The position numbers were made by a program, and so were the translations under genes. This document shows, piece by piece, positions 54,346 to 64,000 of a stretch of DNA of 64,000 bases. Origin of the DNA: Podarcis bocagei (lineage: Eukaryota); assembly GCA_964188305.1 (NCBI GenBank), contig OZ076885.1; one strand, 5' to 3'. How positions within the stretch are numbered: position 1 is the stretch's first letter; every line of letters begins with the position of its first letter. A model generated the notes under the pieces. It saw only the letters and a program-made list of their open reading frames with translations. It ran no database searches and was not told the origin of the DNA.

Positions 54346-55114
54346 GGAAGGATTTTTTTTATTTTAATCATATGAAAATAAGCTTGTCATCAGCAGGTGA
54401 TTATGTTTAAAAATGCTGAAAGGAGAGCAAGGTATGCAATGCGCAGTTCTTTAAAGTTATTTACATAGGAACTTCTAAAGGAATGTCCAACATATCAAGA
54501 GGATAAATAGGCAAGGGTGCTTCAGAGTAACAGCGATATTGTCTGGGTGGATTGCTTCAGAATAGAGTCCTCTATGACACCATGCTTTTTAGCCTTAAAC
54601 CAGACTTGCACAACTTCTGGCCTACTAAGCTAAACACTTATGCATTGTGAGCTACTGGTTGCTGGATGGTTCCCCTGCATTTTGTAGTCACAGGCAGGCA
54701 ACAAAAATAGGTTTTCTAAATCAAGCCTCTGACAGCTGGTAGCCTGCATTTATTCAGGACTGCTCTAACTCCTTTTTTGCCTATCCCCCCCACCCCGCCC
54801 CACCTGTGATGTAAGTGCTCCCTTAGCTGGGGAGATGCGGTTGAGCTTTATACATCTTGACTTGGAATATGAACCTCACAGACTTGTAATGCTCACATTA
54901 ATTGCAACATGAGCATTCTGTGAGTTCATCCCTTTGGGTTTTTCTCTGACTTGGATTTCAATCTAAGACGGAGAAGAACTCAGTAGCCTTCTTCCAGAAA
55001 AATGTATAGAATCTCAACAATGCAAGCCTCGTAAATCCCCACAGAGTAATTAAAACACAGAGCAGGAAACCTTAGAGTCCATTCCCCTCTCGAACCTGAT
55101 CACTTCCCTTATAG

Positions 55115-55269
55115 TAGGCATGTCCATCAGGTCGATCATGATCTACTGGTCGATCGTGGGGCGTTCCTGGTCGATCGCTCAACAACTTTGGTCAATCCAA
55201 TAGGCAGATCACTGCCAGTTTTTTTATAGTGGGAGTAGATCACAGTCTCTTGGAAGTTGTACATGCCTT
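55115..55269. mobile_element. hAT-type MITE
   Basis: TIRs aggcatgtcca / tgtacatgcct, repeated ggtcgatc subterminal motifs, degenerate 8-bp TSD ccttatag / ctgtatag. Confidence 0.75.
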
Positions 55270-56033
55270 CTGTATAGGATAGCCTAGCCTTTATAGGCAT
55301 GCTCTAACCTCTGTATCTATTTCATGTGCTTACAGACATTTATCATGGATGCAATTCCCATTAACTCTTAACTGATATATGTATATTGTCACACCACCTG
55401 TATCCTCCAAATTCCATTCTATTAAGGGGGTACATACTTCAAACAATTACTGAAGCAAAAGCCTGCTTTTTATCATTGTCTCGTCCTGCTTTATAAAAGA
55501 TGCTATTGCTGATATTGCTTTATGCCCTATTCTTGTCTGTTTCAGTTTAGCATTTGTGAATTCAAAGTTCCTTGGATTACAGAGATATCAAATTTGACTT
55601 GCATTAGAAACATGGTAGGGAATAACATCCCATCCAAATTCTGAACAGAAAGTAGCATTTTGGGACGGAAAGGCAGAAAACAGAAAATTGCACATTGCAT
55701 CTTACCATATGTGAGCATCTCTCATGGGAACTGCTCCACAGCAATCTTAATTAACTTGTATTCAGTCCTGCTTAGGAGCTGAGGCCATTCCCAGTGAAGA
55801 AAAGGGAAAAGCAAAGCAAAACAAAACAAAACACTGCTCTACTGATATCACTCCAATTCACATTTTATTTAAATTAGAATACTACTATATCTTACATACA
55901 AAATTGTGGACCAATCCCAAAATTTAGCCGCATCCAGGCAAATGGTGTAATTTACTTTCTGTTTTCAGCAACTGTTGATTGGCTTTTTCTATGCTCAATA
56001 CCTCAAGCGATAATTGTAAACGTTTTAAAAAAT

Positions 56034-56087
56034 GGAACAAAATTTAAATAGGAAACAAAATTTAAATAGGAAACAAAATTTAAATAA
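56034..56087. repeat. 18-bp tandem repeat x3 (gaaacaaaatttaaatag)
   Basis: Direct reading. Confidence 0.9.
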
Positions 56088-59000
56088 CCTGCTGCGATAT
56101 TTAAAAATTAATCATGTGGGCTGAGTGGCTGCACACCACTCTATATTAAGATTCAGATACCTTTAAGGACAATATGGTATGGAGAAGGTCCTATTTTGTC
56201 ACCCTCTTCTCTGCTCTTAATGTGGTTTGCCAGTCCTCTCCCCTTCAGAATTTATGTTGCCAACCCTAGTTTATGGGGTGGTATAAGTCAAATCAACCAA
56301 TGGATCAATGCAGTTGTTTTTGTCTAAAGATACAGTACATTGTAGGCCCATACTGATTGCTCTTCCCAGAATTTTCCTTTCCTGTGTGGTTAATGTGGAG
56401 TGAGAGGCATGCTAGGGTTCCAGTTCTGCTTCCTCATCCATCAAGAATTGCCAGGGGATGGGCAAGAGCTGTTAAAAACCTCCACCAAAGTTGGAGTAGA
56501 CTTGAAGTAATTGTCTGCCTCAGTAAAAGTTCAGTAGAGGGGGCAACGTTGTATATGCCAGTGTAGTGTACAAGCGTGGTATGGACAAATGTAATTGTAC
56601 ATTTATCTATCAACCCCATTTGTTATCTACACTTCACTCTGTTGTGATCAGGAGAGTGAACATGGTGAGGTGATCTAACCCTAAATGCAACTTTGAGAAT
56701 TTGATTCGGGTGAGAGATGCTGAACAGCAGTTTGAACCTACCTTAGTTCAAGTCTGACTAAAGTTCTCTCCATTGCTGACTGATGTATCCACTGATGCTC
56801 CCCAACCCTTAAACGATAGCCTTTTTACTCTGTAAATACTGTCCAATTGCCCTTTTCTGGTGTTGTTTTAAAGAAAATATTGAAAAGATTATGCCTAAAA
56901 GCTGCTATTCCAAACTCTTATCTCATCCTAAAACCCCGACTGATTAGTGGGTATTAAAATGTAATTGGGTAGGTTTGAGTGCATTATATGTTTTCAACAA
57001 CTACATATATATTGTAAATGTCCATGTAATAGGTGGACCTCCTGTCTGGGGAAACAACTCATTTATAAAATCATATGCTCTTTTAGGTTATTTTGCATTC
57101 AGAATATTTGTAACTGTGCTGAAAGAAAGTTCATTTTAATATCACATCAATTAGTATTTTCATTAGAGGAAAATCTAAGTACTAATTAAGAATGGAAAAG
57201 TGATCTACGGCCTCTAATTCAATATTAATGCACTTAATGGGCGATGCTAACAGTATGGGGAGGAAATGCAGCAGTCCATATGCTTACATCAGTAAGAAAG
57301 GGTATTTCTGTCACTTAATATAATTTCATGGATAAGAAGTGGCTGTTTTATTGCTCTTAATGAGCAGAGATCCCATCAAATTCAAAGGCACCAACACACA
57401 GGGCATCCTTCATCTCAAAGAATAAAAGATGTTAGATCTGATAATGGAGAGATGAGTACTCCGTGTAATGGAAGGACTGGATCTGCCTTATTACACTTCA
57501 ATGCAGTGCCTTCACTGGTGAGTTTTTCAAGGGGGCGGAGGGAGTTATATGACTGAAAGGATTTCCAAAGGACTCTAAGGGAGTTATGTGTTTATATATA
57601 CCTACAATGCAAGGAAACCATTCCTGATGAGGTGGCTCAAACCACAAGCATATAAGTTGCATGGGGGCAGCCCCTCAAGGTCTTCAGTGTCACTGTGTGA
57701 GTGTCCAAGCCATTGCCTGTTGCCAAATTTCCCTCTGTCTCAGTGCTGATGCCTCTCCATGTGAATTGTGCTCTCCCCAGCCACCAAATTAAGGATAGCG
57801 TGATTGTGATGGGCAGTGCATGGAAGCGGGAGGGTTGTCTCTCCGCTCACCCCATATGTCTTCCCTATAAGTGTGCATGTGTGAAATCCCATCCACCTAC
57901 CTGCCATGCCCACTGGCATGTGGCCCCATCCACCGCTGCATTAACTTTCCTGCTTCTTTTGCCTACTTTCTAGCTCATTTGATGCTTTTCGCTACAGCTA
58001 ATGGTTCATGAGCAGACAGCTTATCCAGGAGCCTGGGTTCAGATGGCACTCTAAGCTCAGTGTAGCATGCAAGTAAAAATGACCGAAGAGGGACAAAGCA
58101 TCTGTGAGCTTCTCCAAGAGCCCAGTAAGCCATAGTTTGTTTGGCCTACCATGAGGTGCAAACCAGGCCAAAGGCTAAGGAAGGTCTCTTCTGATTTTGA
58201 GCCATGTGATGATCCAGTGGGGCACATCTGGTTTATAATTAATACAGGAACTTGCTTGGCAGTAATACAAGTGTTACATGGGGGGAAAGGAAAGCAGAAG
58301 TAGGTCTTTCAAAGAATATGGTTGGAAAAATAATACTGAACATAACAGGAGATGGGAATCATTTAAGAAACCAGAAAATGACCAAGAGCTTAAAAAGCAA
58401 GTATGGCTAGGTCAAAAGATGAAGGTGTCAGGAAAAAGACTAGCAGATTAATTAAACTTTTCTGTGAATTACTGCTTCAGTGCTTAGCTTAAATATTTCT
58501 CTTCGCCTCTGCCTTTCCCTTTTTTCCTCACCTGCTAGGGACATTGTAGAACAGTAAGGTGCCAACCTCAGCTTGTAAAAATTACATGAAACACATTTTC
58601 TTTAAGTTGTGTTTGAACTTGTCTAACCATAAAGTTATTCTCTAGCAAAGACACCTTGGGGGAAACATCTGAAAGGAGCAGGGAAAGAAACCTCTAAAGT
58701 TGAATTGTTGAACTAAAGATTATCTGTGTTCTCTCAAGGTTTCATTAGAGAGGCTCCTGCACAATGATTCCTGAAGCTTATTTTGAATTACTGGATTGGG
58801 TGTGTATGTGTGAGAAACTATATCACATTAATTTCTACAAATACCCATATTTCTCATACTCTTTACAATTATTATTCAAAGGTTTTGGTTAACAATTGAA
58901 GCAATTGTAGTTCTAAGCTTGGGCTGGCTGAATGCAGTAATGCAAAAGACGACCACTTTTCTGGCTTAGCTGAGGAAATGCTATTTGCTCTCCACCATCT

Positions 59001-60143
59001 CCAACTGTATGTCTCCACATCAAATAAATCAACAGGAAATTCATTTTTCAGCATCTGTGGAGTATTCACATAATGATCTCATGTGCTTATATCACATAGA
59101 CTTTCTGACCCATAGTATGCAATAGGATGGAATAGCCAACATACAAAAAAATACTTTAACCATCCATATGACTGACCAGGAAATTGCTGCCCATGGCTAA
59201 ACTCTAGCCTGCAACCCTTCAAGATATTTTTTGAAGAACAAACACAAAGCAGGTTCAGAAAATTTTACTCTCCCAGAGCACAGAAATATAGCTGAAGTAC
59301 AGCTACTGGCCACCATATACTGGAAGTCACATTTGATCAAGCATATGATATATAAATGTACAAGCAGTTTGGCAGATTTCTTTTTCTTCTTCACCCTAAG
59401 TCACATGTGAAAGACCAATTTTCACTGTTCTTCATGGCCTGTAGCGATATACAAACCCCAGTATGGAACCTTCCAGACAGCTCTGACAGACAAGTGGGAA
59501 TTTGCACCTCCCCTTAGCTTAAGTGGCCTCCTAGCCATACAACAAAATGTAGTGACAGCACTGTTTATAGGCAGGGATGTTTTAGGATAATGGAATGGAG
59601 AAAGAAGGGAGAGTCAGTCTGTGGAGGTTTTAAAAGTAAGGACGAGGTGCTTGCGTTGGATCCAGGAGTGAATTAGGAAGCCACTGTAGGTATTTAAGAA
59701 TGGTCAGAGGGATAAAAGATTAATGGTTCTGGCAGCTGAGTCCTAAATGGAGCTGATGTGTATTTTGCCATGAGCTAGAATAATCATCTTCCAATGTAGT
59801 ATAAAAACTGAGGTGTAAAGTTGCCAGCATTTCATATCTCACTTCTGCCATGAATTCACTAGGTGGCCTTAGGTATGTTGTTGTCTCTCAGCTTCAGCTT
59901 CCACCTCCAGCAGGAATATGTGGATAATAATACTGACTGCATCTTAGATAATACATCAGAAGCATTTCAAACAGTTGGCAAGTGCTGTATCAGTTCTAAA
60001 TATTATTTATTTTTAATGGGTAAGAAAATACAAAGAGTTATCTGAGGCCTGGCACTATTCGTTATTTGTATTCTATAGTGTAATTTTGTTGTACACCAGA
60101 GTATTAATTCAAAGTATTATTTTTTCTCATTGGCTAGCAAGTA

Positions 60144-60403
60144 CCGTATTTTTGCTCTATAAGACGCACCAGACCACAAGATGCACCTAGTTTTTGGAGG
60201 AGGAAAACAAAACAAAACAAAATTTCTGAATTTCAGAAGCCAGAACAGCAAGAGGAATCACTGCGCAGTGAAAGCAGCAATCCTTCTTGCTGTTCTGGCT
60301 TCTGGGATAGCTGCACAGCCTGCATTCGCTCCATAAGACGCACACACATTTCCCCTTACTTTTTAGGAGGGAAAAAGTGAGTCTTATAGATAAAAAAATA
60401 TGG
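60144..60403. mobile_element. Complete Tc2/pogo-like MITE
   Basis: TA|ccgtatttttgctctataagac ... gtcttatagataaaaaaatatgg|TA; internal 20-bp stem cagaagccagaacagcaaga / tcttgctgttctggcttctg. Confidence 0.88.
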
Positions 60404-61067
60404 TATTTTCAAAAGAGCAGATGCGATTTTTTGAAATACTGTAATTGTTAAGCTGAAATTAATGATCAAGGACCTGTGTTAATGTTTGTGAAAAGTCCTA
60501 ATAAGGTCCTAACAGGCTTTATAAACATTATATCACTCAGTTATGTATTGGAGTTTAGGAAGTGTGGTTCAATGTATCCGAAATACACACTAATTTATGA
60601 ATTTTCTATAGCAAAGAATGCAGAAACATGAATGATTTGCAGAAATCAGGAGTTGGGGGTTAGTGAGTGAAGTTACACATGAAAATATTTGCATTGCATC
60701 ATCTATATTTAACCCCGAGGAGGTGCCATTAAAAAGCAAAGCTAAATTAATGTTGCCCGAGGCAAGATTAACTTGTAATGTGTAGGCACGGCAGATTGCT
60801 AATGGACTAGTTAACATGAAAACCACCTTATGTAGCAAGATAGAAAACAATTCTTATCATTCTCTTATGAGGGAAGGCCCTGGGAGTTCTAATTATGAAA
60901 TAAGCACCTTTTAAGAGAGGAATTAAAATGACACACTGACGTTTTTATGACTCCTTAACACATGTGGGCCTTGCTCGTGTTGAAGGCTACCACCATCACA
61001 GGGTGAAATGCTTATCACAGACAAAGGAAATGCATGATGGAAGATTAGGAGGACAAGTCAATCATAG

Positions 61068-61570
61068 TGTTATGACTTGGGGGTAGGCTGTATTCCTGAG
61101 TCCCCCTTCTAATTCCTGGACACAGCACAGATTCAAGTGCTGTAATAGCCAGGCCAGTCTGGTAATGGCCCTCTAAGCATGTGTCATTAAGGTAACAAAG
61201 GAAAGGGCTCTGTGCTAGTGGGCACGTGGGTGGGCCTCTGTCCCTCAACTGTCCATTAGTTAGAAAGGCCAGAGTTGAGTGGTGGTAGCTAGAAGCTGGA
61301 TACAAAAGCAGCAGGTTGGAAAGGCAGAGAGAGTGCCATGACTGATGTTTGCCGAAGTCCAAGGCTGTGGCTATGGGAGAAGCAAGATAATATTGGGATG
61401 TTGATGCTGTGAATCCCTCTGTTGTAGGCTCAGGTTGTATATATGTGTAAATAAGCCATATATCATAAAGACACTACAGGCTTTGCTGTACCTCATTTCC
61501 AAAAGGGAAACACAAACCATGGGCAAGCGCCTGGAATCTTGTGCTGCTCAGAGTTGCAATAATATGATAA
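61068..61570 (+). mobile_element. Possible old solo LTR
   Basis: Starts TGTTATG, about 500 bp, with tgtatatatgtgtaaataa near the 3' end. Terminus and TSD are degenerate. Confidence 0.35.
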
Positions 61571-63346
61571 ACATGGCTGTGGGATTCTATCAAAGTCATA
61601 GAACAGCATGGTAATGCTTGTTTCACAAGTGGCACAGATCTCCCACACACTCGGAATCTGGAATTATGAATCACACCTTCCTGGGAAAGTAGGCAGTCTT
61701 ACAGACTGGTAAGAAGAGCATGCTCCACCTGAGGTCAGCAAAGCTAGGTTATTCGTAGCTGGATTGGGTAGAAGTCCTTTTTGGTTTCTTTCCCCCTCAG
61801 CTTTAGACCAGCAATAAGCCTTCAGTAGTCAACCTTTAAAATATAAGCAGAGAATACAGGTTAGCAGAGGTCAGAAGAATTCCTTATCGCCTCCAAATCC
61901 AGGCATGGCGGCCACTCATGATTCAAAGCATGTGGAAGTTGTTCTGTTTGGCAAGCCATGCATCTGAGGTTCATCTTGTAAATCTGCACATAATGGTCTA
62001 AATGAAATGTACACAATGCACTTTGATTGCTGAAGCAAAGTGCCATTATGTACAGTGTGGGTAGGAATTGTAAGCAAGTAGCTCTGAGCTCTTCAGGGCA
62101 AGCACAGGGTACAAGTGTTACATATAAAACCAACACTCTCCTATGTGCACCATGTGGCAACTCATTGGGATGGTGTGGCAAGTTCATATACTTGAATAGC
62201 TCACATTAGACAATATTATAATAGAGAGGACAAGTAGGAAATATATTATAATTATGAATCTAATGATCTTATGCACCCACATACCCAACCTTCAAACAAT
62301 AAAGTGGGCCCCATCTCTCCACCTAGTTGCCCGACCAGATCAAGTGTCCACCTGCCACCACTGAGCAAGGGAAAGAGGACATGAGCCTATCCATCTGCCC
62401 TGTTTATGAAAAAAAGGTGGCTGAATGATGTTTATTAAGTAACGATTTTAATAAACTAGAATTCATTTTCCTAACAGGAAGTTTTTACATTTTATGTTAA
62501 AAACAGAAAATAAATGTATTTACACAATACTCTCTTAACTGTAATAGGTAAGGACGCTGAGATGTGATGAATAACACTCTCTCATTTTCTAGAATATCAA
62601 GTGGCATATTTGAAACAGATTAGCATTGTCCACAATTGTGAAGACAAGAGGTTTCTCCGTCTCCTCCTTTTAAAGGATGGAGGGCGAGTGGGGAGGGGGG
62701 AAGAGGTGTTGCATTAACAGAAAGGAGCACAGCTGTGGTACAAAGTGTGTTTCCCCAGAACATGCATTTGCAATGGTTGTGTGGGAATGCAGAGGGAATA
62801 CTTTGTGTTAGTGCGAAGGCAAGAAGCGATGCTAGCAGCTCCAGGCTATGTTCTCTTCTCGGTGAACAAGGAAAACTCAAATTAACGCTAATGGGTGTTA
62901 CGCACAGGGGAGAGGGCAACATAACCCCTTTGTGCACTTAGGAAAGTACAATCTGAAGCTTTCCACAATCATTTTAAGATCAGATTCCTAAGAGTGTCTT
63001 GACATCAGGTTATTACTCTACATGCAGAATTCCCACAGATGTGAGTCTGGATGGTTGGCAGAGTTCTTAAACTCACGGATCCTTCTTGCACAAGTCTCAC
63101 ATGTATCCTGTATTATGGTAGAAATTTGCTTTAAGCACAAGGTCTGCCCTCATTGATGCATGGAGGGGGGGGGGAATATTATCAAACAGAAATAAGAAAT
63201 GCAGCAACAAATTATTATCTAATATATGCTTACTCCAGTGCATCCAATAGGAATGTCTCTCCATAGCCGAATCATAGCTTGGTTGAAGGGGAGATCTTCA
63301 TCAGGACTCTGATGCAGAAGAAAAGGGCTACCTCCTTGAGCACATA

Positions 63347-63710
63347 GGTAAAGGTAAAGGTACCCCTGACCATTAGGTCCAGTCGTGACCGACTCTGGGG
63401 TTGTGGCGCTCATCTCGCTTTATTGGCCGAGGGAGCCGGCGTTTGTCCGCAGACAGCTTCCGGGTCATGTGGCCAGCATGACTAAGCCGCTTCTGGCAAA
63501 CCAGAGCAGCGCATGGAAACACCGTTTACCTTCCCGCCAGAGCGGTACCTATTTATCTACTTGCACTTTGACATGCTTTCAAACTGCTAGGTTGGCAGGA
63601 GCAGGGACTGAGCAACAGGAGCTCACCCCATCACGGGGATTCGAACCACCAACCTTCTGATCAGCAAGCCCTAGGCTCTGTGGTTTAACCCACAGCGCCA
63701 CCCGCGTCCC
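63347..63710 (-). mobile_element. Full-length Sauria SINE with TSD
   Basis: Head GGGACGCGGGTGGCGCTGTGGG (A box), GGTTCGAATCC (B box), (ACCTTT)n tail; 14-bp TSD tccttgagcacata at 63333-63346 and 63711-63724. Confidence 0.95.
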
Positions 63711-63935
63711 TCCTTGAGCACATACTGTACTCCTAATCAGGCCAATGCTGCTTACCCTTGTAAAAATATTCACATAGCTTTAAATCATGTGTAACATCAC
63801 ATGTATGTTGGCTCTGAGGAGCAGTCCTGTGAGACGTGGGCATTTGGATGTGAATAGGTGAGTTGGTCCACTTCCTTGGAGTGCAGTCTCATAGCCCTCC
63901 AGCAATATGTGCATGAAGGAACTATGTGGGTGGTG

Positions 63936-64000
63936 GGTAAAAGGTAAAGGACCCCTGGACGGTTAAGTCCAGTCAAAGGCGACTATGGGGTTACGGCGCT
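63936..64000 (-). mobile_element. Sauria SINE 3' end, running off the window
   Basis: ggtaaaaggtaaaggacccctggacggttaagtccagtc is the same tail as the other copies. Confidence 0.85.

Noticed and set aside
46500-64000. LMO1 or other coding exons downstream
   Set aside because: I found no LIM-domain or other recognisable coding exon on either strand.

Overview
Eukaryotic genomic DNA from a squamate reptile, probably a lacertid lizard (inferred from the Sauria SINE, tRNA/CR1-tail SINE and Tigger/hAT MITE content). The window holds the apparently complete coding region of one + strand gene, the CAMK-group kinase STK33. It has 13 coding exons from ATG 13440 to TAG 45851 (1668 nt, 555 aa), all GT-AG introns with matching phases and all catalytic motifs intact, followed by a 3' UTR with AATAAA at 46441. 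Upstream (1-13.3 kb) is 5' intron or flank with candidate extra exons. Downstream (46.5-64 kb) is gene-free DNA with a few homeobox-motif-dense blocks; in mammals the next gene is LMO1. Most remaining signal is transposon debris (Tc2- and Tigger-like MITEs, hAT MITEs, L1/Tx1, L2, CR1, Rex1, RTE, Penelope, SINEs, LTR relics) and microsatellites. The best second-look items are: a CxxC-x12-CxxC zinc-ribbon-like motif at the STK33 N-terminus; a candidate upstream ATG exon in frame with STK33; an extra 84-nt basic cassette exon; a (TTC)20 microsatellite serving as a kinase exon's polypyrimidine tract; two dissimilar LTR relics with a same-phase acidic/Arg-rich open frame; a mammal-like Tigger1 end; and a palindrome-built tandem array inside a MITE. 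No clearly new multi-gene system is evident. Family assignments come from recalled motifs, not database searches.
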